From a bacterium (GTDB lineage: Bacteria; Patescibacteriota; Saccharimonadia; Saccharimonadales; UBA4665), in the NCBI GenBank assembly GCA_021848145.1, contig JAJZMX010000005.1:25528-89527 (forward strand): DNA of 64,000 nucleotides, in the 5' to 3' direction. A program made the translations under genes and the position numbers. The notes below the pieces were generated by a model, which saw only the letters and a program-made list of their open reading frames with translations, was not told where the DNA came from and searched no databases. Shown here in pieces: positions 37,244 to 45,804 of this stretch (its first letter is position 1; every line of letters starts with the position of its first letter).

Positions 37244-37526
37244 AATTGCTCCTCTCTATTCTCTTCATATCTCTTACAGATATAACCCTTATTTTTTCGT
37301 CTCTTATCGTAAACGCTACGAATAATAATCTATTGCTCTTTGTTTTACCTAGGCCAGTGAATCTTTGCTCAGACGATGAAGAATGTTTGACGTCTTGTTT
37401 AATATAGAAGGGTTTTCGTACAAATATTTCTTCAGCTTCTTGAGTGGTCACATTGTGTTTAATAAGGTTCTTGTGAATATTACCCGTATCCCATTGAAAA
37501 GCAATTGGTTTAGGCAATACCCGCAT
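37230..37526 (-). CDS. brnT: BrnT-type (DUF497) toxin
   Basis: FQWDTGNIHKNLIKHNVTTQEAEEIF and RVISVRDM signatures. The toxin precedes the antitoxin, as in brnTA. Confidence 0.8.
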   Translation of the reverse strand: MRVLPKPIAFQWDTGNIHKNLIKHNVTTQEAEEIFVRKPFYIKQDVKHSSSSEQRFTGLGKTKSNRLLFVAFTIRDEKIRVISVRDMKRIERSNYEKT

Positions 37527-37586
37527 CTTTATAGTATATTCTTAGTATATACATATGTCAATAGTCTGTTTTAAATAATTGATAAA

Positions 37587-37755
37587 CCCCTAGAGGATTC
37601 GAACAGATTGAAGCTGTAATTCGGGAAGACTTTCAACTGAGGTAGTTGTTCAAATGGTACCCCCTACCTGGTATGTTCAGAAAGAATTATTACCAAGTGA
37701 TGATTGAAATAGCCAAAGAAATTGTGTTGATAGACAGTTTATTGTTCCAGCTTTA
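37587..37755 (-). repeat. Repeat family member R_b: short tail (37587-37654) plus divergent-centre core (about 37655-37755)
   Basis: The short tail aligns with 42383-42450. TGGTACCCCCT lies at 37655-37665. The CCAAG-loop hairpin is shared with R_a. Confidence 0.65.
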
Positions 37756-37845
37756 AGTACTATATTATAAAAACATCTAATTGCCATACCATACTTTCTC
37801 AACTTTTTATTAGGTGATGCCAATCTGTTGTATTATTAGTGTATT

Positions 37846-38391
37846 ATGTCATTAATATTCATTACTGGTATATCTGGTTCGGGAAAATCAGCAGTCTGGC
37901 AAGAACTAAAGAGCAGAGGCTATGAAGCATATGATGTTGATGAAGATGGCTTAGCAAAATGGCATAATAATGACACTGGCTATGTTCACCCTAAATCATC
38001 AGTAAAAGCTCATCAGCGTACCCCAGAGTTTTTAGCAAGTCATTCATGGAAAGTTCCTCGTAATGAAGTAGAGGAATTAGCTAAGCATGCTGTAGATAAG
38101 AATGTCTATTTGTGTGGTGTAGTTGCTAATGAAAACGAGCTTTGGGATTTATTCGGTAAAGTAATTGCTCTAACAGTTGATGAAGATACACTTAGACATC
38201 GCATTAAATCTCGTACTAATAATGACTTTGGTAAATCTGAACACGAGTTCGAGCAAATTATTGGCAGGCAAGAAGACGCAAAAGACTCATATAAAAAGTT
38301 TGGGCATATAACAATAGATGCAACTAGACCATTAGACGAGGTGGTAGATGATGTCGTCGCAATAGCTAGTTCAGGAATTAAAAATGGTTAG
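37846..38391 (+). CDS. P-loop kinase (AAA_18/33, shikimate/adenylate-kinase-like)
   Basis: Walker A GISGSGKS. 181 aa. Confidence 0.6.
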   Translation: MSLIFITGISGSGKSAVWQELKSRGYEAYDVDEDGLAKWHNNDTGYVHPKSSVKAHQRTPEFLASHSWKVPRNEVEELAKHAVDKNVYLCGVVANENELWDLFGKVIALTVDEDTLRHRIKSRTNNDFGKSEHEFEQIIGRQEDAKDSYKKFGHITIDATRPLDEVVDDVVAIASSGIKNG

Positions 38392-39379
38392 TAAATATTT
38401 TGAGCGCCTAGGCTACAAGGATGATAGCGAACTTTTAATCGCAGAAATTAGTGATGGGTATGATTTAGGGGCTGTTCAGGAAGCGTCAGTTTTAACAGTT
38501 GGTTTTGAAGACTGTAATGTCAGAGTTAGAACTGACACTGGACAATTTGTTATTAAAGCATTTGGTAAGTTTCGAGATGACGCAGATATTGATAGATATG
38601 TCGATGTTATGCAAGCAGTTACTGAAGGCGGTGTTCATCACCCTGCCTTACAGGATACTAGAGATGGAGGTGTGCTTTTCAAACACTCAAGTGGTGTTTC
38701 GGCAGTAGCGATGGATTTCATTGAAGGTCATACCTACTTTGATACTAAGACTGTACCGACTGATGAGGAATTAGAACTAGTAGCCGCTGAAGCTGTTAAG
38801 ATTCATGCTCTAGATATAGACCCGCCATACGTCTTTGATTCATGGGCTATCCCACATATCCATAAAATGCATGAAGCTGCCCTACCATTTCTAGATGAAG
38901 GTGGTAGAAAAATAGCAGACGCTGCACTTGCACGTTATGACGCTATTGACCTTAGTAAACTAGAAATGCGGTTTATCCATGGCGATATTATTTCAACTAA
39001 TACTTTACTGGGTAGTGATGGTAAAGTATGGATTCTAGATTTCGCTGTATCTAATGTATATCCAAAGATACAGGAGCTGGCAGTAATTGCTAGTAGCCTA
39101 CTTGCTGGAAGTGAATTTGTGCCACTTGGTCATAGAGTAGAGCAAGTTAAGAAAGCATATCTTGTTGTTGGCGGTAAGCTATCAGATTATGAGCAACACG
39201 CCTTAATGGACTATGCTATTGCAGCAGCAGCTATGGAGTTTATGGGTGGCCATAAAGCTAAGTTTATTGACAAAGAAGAGGTTGAAGAATGTGATTATTG
39301 GATTGATGTGGGCAGGAAAGCACTCCAAGAATCATTAGGGCTATTTGACCATAAACAAGGTGAAGGCAAGAAAAAATGA
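38384..39379 (+). CDS. Aminoglycoside phosphotransferase (APH)/homoserine-kinase-II family kinase
   Basis: Catalytic loop FIHGDIISTNTLL and Mg-binding WILDFA. Confidence 0.75.
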   Translation: MVSKYFERLGYKDDSELLIAEISDGYDLGAVQEASVLTVGFEDCNVRVRTDTGQFVIKAFGKFRDDADIDRYVDVMQAVTEGGVHHPALQDTRDGGVLFKHSSGVSAVAMDFIEGHTYFDTKTVPTDEELELVAAEAVKIHALDIDPPYVFDSWAIPHIHKMHEAALPFLDEGGRKIADAALARYDAIDLSKLEMRFIHGDIISTNTLLGSDGKVWILDFAVSNVYPKIQELAVIASSLLAGSEFVPLGHRVEQVKKAYLVVGGKLSDYEQHALMDYAIAAAAMEFMGGHKAKFIDKEEVEECDYWIDVGRKALQESLGLFDHKQGEGKKK

Positions 39380-40005
39380 TAATCTTCATCTTCGGCGACA
39401 GCATTACAGAAGGTCTTTGGGATAGTAAAGGTGGTTGGGCTGATAGAATTAAGGCATTCGTACAAAGCGAAGAGGTAAAATCTGGAATTAAGAATTATCA
39501 TGAGGTGTATAACTTAGGTGTAGATGGCAATACTACTAAGCAAATAATTGACAGATTTGAATCTGAAACAAAAGCTAGACTATGGCCTGATGAAGAATAT
39601 GCATTTATTTTCGCTACAGGCACTAATGATACTCTGCATAGAAACAATCAAGAGTTTGAATCAACCCCAGAACGTTATAAATCTGAGCTAAATCAATTAA
39701 TAGGACTTGCTAGAATGTACTCATCAAAGGTCATGTTCGTAGACATGCTGCCAGTTGACGAAAACCTAACTAACCCAATTAAATCTTCATCTAGTGGTAA
39801 ATGTTATACCAATGAAAGAATCAGAAGCTTTAATGAGGTTCTTCATGAGGTATGCGATAACCAATCATTAACTTACATAAAAGTCAGCGAAAAGTATCTT
39901 GAGCAAGACTACAAAACGTTACTCGCAGATGGCATACACCCAAATGACCAGGGTCATGAAGTAATTTTTGATTTAGTTGTTGAATATATAAGGGGGCTGC
40001 TATGA
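39376..40005 (+). CDS. SGNH/GDSL hydrolase
   Basis: Block I FGDSITEG, block III GTND, block V DGIHPN. Confidence 0.8.
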   Translation: MIIFIFGDSITEGLWDSKGGWADRIKAFVQSEEVKSGIKNYHEVYNLGVDGNTTKQIIDRFESETKARLWPDEEYAFIFATGTNDTLHRNNQEFESTPERYKSELNQLIGLARMYSSKVMFVDMLPVDENLTNPIKSSSSGKCYTNERIRSFNEVLHEVCDNQSLTYIKVSEKYLEQDYKTLLADGIHPNDQGHEVIFDLVVEYIRGLL

Positions 40006-40901
40006 GCAAAACTATAGAAAAGAAAATCCTTCCTGAATACTTTGAAAAGGTAGCTAGTGGCGAAAAGACCTATGAGCTTAGACTTGCGGACTGGGATTGT
40101 CGGCCTGGCGATATACTAGTATTAAATGAAATTGACCCTAAAACGAGAGAGCTTACTGGTCGTTCATTAAAGCGTAAAGTTGGTTATGTTGGCAAAACTA
40201 AAGATATAGATTTCTTTTCAACAAAAGAGATAGATGAATATGGCTATCAGATAATATCGCTACTTCACGATTTGCCAGAAGTTCGTATTAAGGACGCATG
40301 GTTAGTTAGAGAAAATGTTTCAACCCATTTGCATGAGTTGTGGGGTAAAGGCAAAGAACTTGCAGACGATGAATGGATGGAGAAAAGAGTCAAAGACTAC
40401 CAGAAAGCCTGGAGGCCTTATCAACAGAAAATATTGCAAGGCATGACAGAAACAATAGGCTTATATTTTAGGCAGGACATAATTGATGTTTACATTGCTC
40501 CCTGGTTTAACGCATTTAGTGACCCTATGATAATTGGCGTAATGCGCGAACCAGATGAGTTTATAGACACTCTAACGCATGAGTTAATACATAGACTTCT
40601 TACTGATAACACAACAATCCCACACGAAACCAAGTTACTAGGTGAATGGCAAAAATTATTTGGTAAAAATCATTCATTTTCAACGCTGGTACATATTCCT
40701 GTTCATGCTATACATAAGTCAATTTATTTAGATGTGCTTGATGCTCCTAATAGACTAAAAAGAGATATTAATGGAAATAAAAAGTTCAATGCTACTGATT
40801 ATGTTAAAGCCTGGGATTATGTTGAAAAACACGACTATAAAAAGATTATTGATAAGCTAAAGGATTCATACCTAACCTTGCATCGGAGTGTCAATGAGTA
40901 A
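40002..40901 (+). CDS. ASCH/DUF3850-like N-terminal domain fused to an HExxH putative metallohydrolase domain
   Basis: EKTYELRLADWDCRPGDILVLNE is DUF3850-like. HELIHRL is an HExxH motif. Confidence 0.45.
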   Translation: MSKTIEKKILPEYFEKVASGEKTYELRLADWDCRPGDILVLNEIDPKTRELTGRSLKRKVGYVGKTKDIDFFSTKEIDEYGYQIISLLHDLPEVRIKDAWLVRENVSTHLHELWGKGKELADDEWMEKRVKDYQKAWRPYQQKILQGMTETIGLYFRQDIIDVYIAPWFNAFSDPMIIGVMREPDEFIDTLTHELIHRLLTDNTTIPHETKLLGEWQKLFGKNHSFSTLVHIPVHAIHKSIYLDVLDAPNRLKRDINGNKKFNATDYVKAWDYVEKHDYKKIIDKLKDSYLTLHRSVNE

Positions 40902-41412
40902 CTTCGTATTAGCAATAACAGGCCCTGCAGGCTCTGGTAAAAGTACAGTTGCTAGTAGGCTAGCAAAGCGGATAGAAAAATGCGTGAATATAGACGCTGA
41001 TTATGTAAAGCATATGGTGGCCAATCCTTTTATTTATGATGATTCTCCTGAAGGCATTGTTCAGTGGGAGCTACTTGGTGACAATATAGGACTGATTGCA
41101 AAAAACTTTAACAGAAGTAGCTATAACGTAATAATTAATGGCTATATCAACGAACCCGCCTGGCGCAAAATCTTAGAGCATATTGAGCTAACTCACAAAG
41201 TATTGCTATTACCTGAACTAGAGGAAGTCATAAAACGTGATTCACTAAGACAAGAAAGTGATGCTATGGGCGAGGACGCTATAAGGGTACACCATGACTA
41301 TTTCTCAAATAGTCATTTTTTTGATGATTTCACTAACATTGATTCAACTGCACATACAGACCAGGAAACAGTTGATGATATCAAAAAGAACGTATTAAAG
41401 AATGGTCTATAA
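40888..41412 (+). CDS. P-loop kinase (AAA_33 / chloramphenicol-phosphotransferase-like)
   Basis: Walker A GPAGSGKST followed by the NIDADY segment. Confidence 0.55.
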   Translation: MSMSNFVLAITGPAGSGKSTVASRLAKRIEKCVNIDADYVKHMVANPFIYDDSPEGIVQWELLGDNIGLIAKNFNRSSYNVIINGYINEPAWRKILEHIELTHKVLLLPELEEVIKRDSLRQESDAMGEDAIRVHHDYFSNSHFFDDFTNIDSTAHTDQETVDDIKKNVLKNGL

Positions 41413-41414
41413 AT

Positions 41415-41807
41415 ATGGACTACGAAGGAGTAATAATTGAAGAGAGCCTAAAAGATAAAGGTGTACTAAAACTGGTTGAGGTAGTTACCACTAAAGTTGA
41501 ACCAGTAACCAAAGAACATAAAACTCCCTGGCTAAAACAATGGACATTGCACACTGTTAAGATATCTGAAAGTAATATAGATAAAGTCGCTGAGGTTATA
41601 AGTAAGTCACTTGAACCTAACTACTGGTATGCTGACTTTAAGAATAGCAAGCATCACTACATAATTTTTCCAAACAAAGTATTCAAAGTAGACAGAAGTA
41701 AGCCAGAGCAATATAAACAAGTTAGTAGTTATGGACTAGGTTTAGGTATCCCAGATTACCAACTAGACTTTTCGCCAGTAATAAGACAATGGGAAAGGCC
41801 AGAATAA
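41415..41807 (+). CDS. Hypothetical protein
   Basis: ORF tightly packed within the operon. No motif recognised. Confidence 0.4.
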   Translation: MDYEGVIIEESLKDKGVLKLVEVVTTKVEPVTKEHKTPWLKQWTLHTVKISESNIDKVAEVISKSLEPNYWYADFKNSKHHYIIFPNKVFKVDRSKPEQYKQVSSYGLGLGIPDYQLDFSPVIRQWERPE

Positions 41808-41813
41808 TAGTAA

Positions 41814-42389
41814 ATGGCATTTGACGAAAATAGCTTAAAGCAAGTTATTGATAAAATCAAATCAATAAATAAGCCAATAAAACCCGTAATCATTGGTATT
41901 GAAGGTTTTGGTGGGTCTGGTAAGTCTACTCTAGCTAAGATGCTGAAAGAGAAACTTAATAATTGTGAAGTTATTAGTATTGACGCATTTATTATTAAAG
42001 AAAATGCCCGACAAGCTAAACCACAGGAGGAAACCTTTGACATTACAAGACTAGAGGAACAGGTATTAAAGCAAGCTAGCGGCGATAAGCAAATCAGCTA
42101 TCAAGTTCTTGATTGGGCAAGTAATACTTTAGGTAAAAATATAGATTTGCCGAAAATGGATTACCTAATCATAGAAGGGATAACTTCATTTCACCCAAAC
42201 ATAGAACATTACTATGACTTTAAGATTTGGGTTGATGTACCCATTGAGGTAGCAAAAAGGCGAGGACAATTAAGAGATAAAGGCAACGAAAACGAGGGAA
42301 TGTGGGACAAGTGGGCAGCTTCTGATTTAGCTTATAAAGAAAAATTTCACCCCGATAAAAAAGCTGATTTTAATATCGATAACCCCTAG
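41814..42389 (+). CDS. Uridine-kinase/phosphoribulokinase-family P-loop kinase
   Basis: GIEGFGGSGKSTLAK and LIIEGI motifs. Confidence 0.6.
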   Translation: MAFDENSLKQVIDKIKSINKPIKPVIIGIEGFGGSGKSTLAKMLKEKLNNCEVISIDAFIIKENARQAKPQEETFDITRLEEQVLKQASGDKQISYQVLDWASNTLGKNIDLPKMDYLIIEGITSFHPNIEHYYDFKIWVDVPIEVAKRRGQLRDKGNENEGMWDKWAASDLAYKEKFHPDKKADFNIDNP

Positions 42390-42571
42390 AGGATTCGAAC
42401 AGATTGGAACTGTAGTTTTGGAGTACTTTCGACAGGGGTGATTGTGCCAATGGTACACCTTCCTGTCACCGCTTGGAACCGCCTCAAGAGCGAACTGCTG
42501 CGGTGGCACGAAACATTTGAAGTATCACCTCTGCCAAGTCTAGCACAATAACTACCGTGCTGTATTAGAAC
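42383..42571 (-). repeat. Repeat family copy 3: core (42451-42556), short tail (42383-42450) and 15-nt leader; starts 1-2 nt after the antitoxin stop
   Basis: Manual alignment. The core is enclosed by the inverted repeat ATTGTGC...GCACAAT. Confidence 0.85.
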
Positions 42572-42572
42572 C

Positions 42573-42836
42573 CTATCTGGCAGCGGCCTTATGTAAAACC
42601 GATGAAGCGTAAGTCTGATAGGGTATGCCTTCAGCTATAGCTTTAGCCTTAAGTCTATATAAATCCTGTTCAGATAACCGAATACTAATGTTTCTTGTTT
42701 TATTAAGGGTGGCTTTAGCGGCAGCCTTGGCTTTTGCGTGCTCTTCTTTGGGATTGTTGACCTGAACAAACTCTCCTCGATTGTAGGCATCGAGTAGTTC
42801 CCGTTCATCTGGATCGAGGTCGTAATCTATCATCAT
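42573..42836 (-). CDS. BrnA/CopG-like antitoxin
   Basis: C-terminal RHH-like ISIRLSEQDLYRLKAKAIAEGIPYQTYASSVLH. 4-nt overlap with the upstream toxin. Confidence 0.65.
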   Translation of the reverse strand: MMIDYDLDPDERELLDAYNRGEFVQVNNPKEEHAKAKAAAKATLNKTRNISIRLSEQDLYRLKAKAIAEGIPYQTYASSVLHKAAAR

Positions 42837-43114
42837 AGCTTTTCTCCTTTCAAATACTTTTTGGTGGCTTTTCTACTTGGGATTATAGTTTTTAGGAAGA
42901 TCTTTTCCTCGTCTTCTACATAAGGAACGAGGTATGAATAATCATCTATCCTTACAATATATACTTTTTGATGAGCGTATTTCTTTATATTGGGGTGGTT
43001 GATTGTGTCAAGTAGCCTATCATCATTGATGGCTGCCACAACGTCCTCAAATGAAACCTTCCGTTCACTTTTTAAAATCAAGTTTTTAGACTCATTCCAA
43101 TGAAAAGGTTTCAC
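42833..43114 (-). CDS. BrnT-like (DUF497) toxin
   Basis: FHWNESKNLILKSERKVSFEDVVAAI and FLKTIIPSRKATKKY resemble the BrnT N- and C-terminal signatures. Confidence 0.6.
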   Translation of the reverse strand: MKPFHWNESKNLILKSERKVSFEDVVAAINDDRLLDTINHPNIKKYAHQKVYIVRIDDYSYLVPYVEDEEKIFLKTIIPSRKATKKYLKGEKL

Positions 43115-43143
43115 AAACCCATTATACTACAAAAGATACGTAA

Positions 43144-43220
43144 TGTAAATAATTGGTACCCCCTGCAGGATTCGAACCTACGACCTTCTGTTCCGAAGAC
43201 AGACGCTCTAATCCGCTGAG
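43144..43220 (-). tRNA. tRNA-Arg (anticodon TCG), CCA encoded
   Basis: Acceptor GCCCCCT/AGGGGGT, anticodon arm TCTGT-CTTCGGA-ACAGA, T arm GTAGG-TTCGAAT-CCTGC. Confidence 0.9.
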
Positions 43221-43277
43221 CTAAGGGGGCAAGACTAACGTATACTATCTTATCAGCGGAGGAGATTTTAACAAGCT

Positions 43278-44540
43278 TTGGACTATTTTAATAGGATAAA
43301 CACTGAACTCAATAAGGTAGCATTTCCAAATTCGTTAATACCCAACGACAAGGACGTGCTTAGTCGGACAAGACAAATAATGGAGTTTCTTGGCAATCCC
43401 CAGAATAAATTAAAAATTATACATATTGCTGGTACTAGCGGTAAAACGTCAACAGCTTATTACATGAGTGCTTTACTCACTCAAACAGGATGCACGGTTG
43501 GGCTCACAGTGTCGCCATATGTAGATGCTATTACAGAAAGATTGCAGGTAAATAATATACCACTCGATCCAAAAGATTTTTATGACCTACTTGTAAAATT
43601 TCTTGAACTTGTTAATTCAACAAGCGTTAAACTATCATATTTTGAGCTTCTTTATTGTTTTAGTTTTTGGGTATTTGCGGGTAAAGGAGTTGACTATGCG
43701 GTTGTTGAAACTGGCATGGGAGGACTCTATGATGCGACAAACATAGCCGATAGGCCAGATAAGGTTTGCCTTATTACAGACATAGGTCTAGATCATACAT
43801 CGAGGCTCGGCAACAGAATAGAAGAAATAGCAAAGCATAAAGCCGGCATAATACACCATCTAAACCCAGTATTTACTTTCAACCAACCTGAACCAGCACT
43901 TTCTGTAATCAAGGAACAATGCTTACGCCGCGACAGTAAATTAACAATTGTCAATTCTTATACTAGCCACGACCAATTATCAGGCTTGCCTTCTTTTCAG
44001 TCACGAAATTGGACGTTGGCGCACGAGGCTTACTTATATATATGTGAAAGGGACAATCTACGAGTAATTAACAACACAAGACTAATTAAAACAAAATTAA
44101 CTTACATACCTTGCCGCATGGAAATCGTCAATTATGGGGATAAGGAAATAATTATGGATGGTGCCCATAACGGCCAAAAGATAAAAGCACTAGTTAATTC
44201 ATATACGGCTATATACCCGAATACTAAAGCTATTTTTCTATTGGCTCTCAAAGCAGGTAAGAATATAAAAGAAATATCAAGCGCCATAAAGCCTGTTGCG
44301 ACTACTGTTATAGTAACCACTTTTAAGTCAAACGAAAATCTACCCTCTAAAGCCGTCGAGCCTAGTGAAATAGTAAAAGCACTCCAAAATATCGGCATAA
44401 CTTCCGTAGCAATAACGGATCAGGATAGAGCCTTAAATTATGCAATATCTGGGGAGGATAAAGTATTAATTATATGTGGATCGTTTTATTTACTTAGCCA
44501 ACTCAGATCGACGCATAGTTGGCTGAAGCAGAAAAGCTAA
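43278..44540 (+). CDS. folC: Folylpolyglutamate synthase/dihydrofolate synthase (Mur-ligase family)
   Basis: HIAGTSGKTSTAYY P-loop, ETGMGG and DGAHN motifs. TTG start. Confidence 0.8.
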   Translation: MDYFNRINTELNKVAFPNSLIPNDKDVLSRTRQIMEFLGNPQNKLKIIHIAGTSGKTSTAYYMSALLTQTGCTVGLTVSPYVDAITERLQVNNIPLDPKDFYDLLVKFLELVNSTSVKLSYFELLYCFSFWVFAGKGVDYAVVETGMGGLYDATNIADRPDKVCLITDIGLDHTSRLGNRIEEIAKHKAGIIHHLNPVFTFNQPEPALSVIKEQCLRRDSKLTIVNSYTSHDQLSGLPSFQSRNWTLAHEAYLYICERDNLRVINNTRLIKTKLTYIPCRMEIVNYGDKEIIMDGAHNGQKIKALVNSYTAIYPNTKAIFLLALKAGKNIKEISSAIKPVATTVIVTTFKSNENLPSKAVEPSEIVKALQNIGITSVAITDQDRALNYAISGEDKVLIICGSFYLLSQLRSTHSWLKQKS

Positions 44541-44602
44541 ACATCTGCAATAAAATATATATCACAATAAAATCAGTCAAAACTCAATAAAATTATGTTA
44601 CT

Positions 44603-45763
44603 ATGCATAATATGAGGCACACTAAATCTAGTTCCCCTGGTAATGCTTCGAGCAATAATTTTGCCAGCCCAACGTTTAGAACATCGTATGAACGGGTTGG
44701 TAATGCTGAAGCTGTAATTGACGAAAAGAGAAATAAACCAAGGATCAGGCGGTGGATTAAACGCACGGTATTAATTTCGGTTGCAATTGTAGTTATAGTT
44801 GGCGGAGTTTTTGGATATGAACTTTATTCTGAAGCATCAAAACTAACGAACCAGCCTAATCCATTTTCTTTATTTACTTCCTTGTTACCACAATCACCTA
44901 AGGAGACTAATGGCAGGGTTAATATTCTTCTTGCGGGCTATTCTGTTGGTGATCCTCATCATCAAGGTGCCCAGCTTACTGATTCAATTATGATAATTTC
45001 GATAAACCCTAAGACTAAGTCTGGTGTTCTATTAAGTGTTCCCAGAGATCTTTGGATTCATATTCCTGGTAATGGCCAAAGTAAAATTAACGCAGCCTAT
45101 GAAGATGGCCAGGCAGAAAACTTTAATGAACCCGGCTACTTTCTTGGAGGTATGGGCTTGCTTGAAAAAGTGGTTAGCCAACGGTTCGGCGTAAAGTTCG
45201 ACTACTACGCATTAATTAATTATGCAGCACTTCGTGACGCTGTAAATGCAGTAGGAGGGATAACAATTAATATTAACAGTCCGGATCCTCGTGGGATCTA
45301 TGATCCATATACTCACTTGAAGTTGCCCAATGGCAAGGTGCATTTAAATGGACAGCAAGCATTAGACTTAGCACGAACCAGAGGTGATGGTCCTGGAAGT
45401 TATGGAATCCCAAATAACGATTTTACACGAACGCAGTACCAACAAAAGATGATAGTGGCGATAAAGGACAAAGCTAGTTCATTGTCTTCCTTCGTGAATC
45501 CAATAACAGTTCTTAAGCTAGTAAATGCAGTTGGTAACAATGTTAAAACTGACCTAAAAATTGGCCAGATGGAGTCTTTATATAGTGACGTTAAAGGCAT
45601 ATCCAACGGTAGTATCAAAGAAGTAACACTGAATAACTATAATGGTCATAATCTCCTGGCCAACCACTATATTGATGGTCAAGATGCCTTAATACCCGCA
45701 GATGGTTTAGGCAATTACGGAGCGATTAAAACGGCAGTAAATAATCTGTTGTACGGCAATTAA
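44603..45763 (+). CDS. LCP (LytR-CpsA-Psr) family protein, second paralog
   Basis: RVNILLAGYSVGDPHHQGAQLTDSIMIISINP...SVPRDL, closely parallel to the protein at 23739. Confidence 0.85.
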   Translation: MHNMRHTKSSSPGNASSNNFASPTFRTSYERVGNAEAVIDEKRNKPRIRRWIKRTVLISVAIVVIVGGVFGYELYSEASKLTNQPNPFSLFTSLLPQSPKETNGRVNILLAGYSVGDPHHQGAQLTDSIMIISINPKTKSGVLLSVPRDLWIHIPGNGQSKINAAYEDGQAENFNEPGYFLGGMGLLEKVVSQRFGVKFDYYALINYAALRDAVNAVGGITININSPDPRGIYDPYTHLKLPNGKVHLNGQQALDLARTRGDGPGSYGIPNNDFTRTQYQQKMIVAIKDKASSLSSFVNPITVLKLVNAVGNNVKTDLKIGQMESLYSDVKGISNGSIKEVTLNNYNGHNLLANHYIDGQDALIPADGLGNYGAIKTAVNNLLYGN

Positions 45764-45804
45764 GGCGTTGCTAAAAAAGCTAAGCTTAAGCATAATATTG
45801 CCTG

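Larger units (their letters stand above)
33168..43143. mobile_element. Accessory cassette island abutting the 3' end of tRNA-Arg(TCG); no integrase visible
   Basis: TA modules, resistance-like enzymes, repeated tRNA-Arg 3'-end fragments and a repeat family. By eye it looks more AT-rich than the flanks (not computed). Confidence 0.45.

Noticed and set aside
37047-37574. Plus-strand ORFs of 92, 73 and 63 aa
   Set aside because: They are antisense to the well-supported BrnT/BrnA genes and have no motifs.
33213-42556. CRISPR array interpretation of the repeats
   Set aside because: The repeats are about 106 nt, lie on both strands, are separated by 0.8-5 kb of protein-coding DNA, and no cas genes are present.
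33213-42556. Canonical integron (attC plus intI)
   Set aside because: I could not find RYYYAAC/GTTRRRY core pairs at the repeat ends (only one GTTAGGT, at 33419), and no integrase is in the window. I therefore report only an attC-like architecture.
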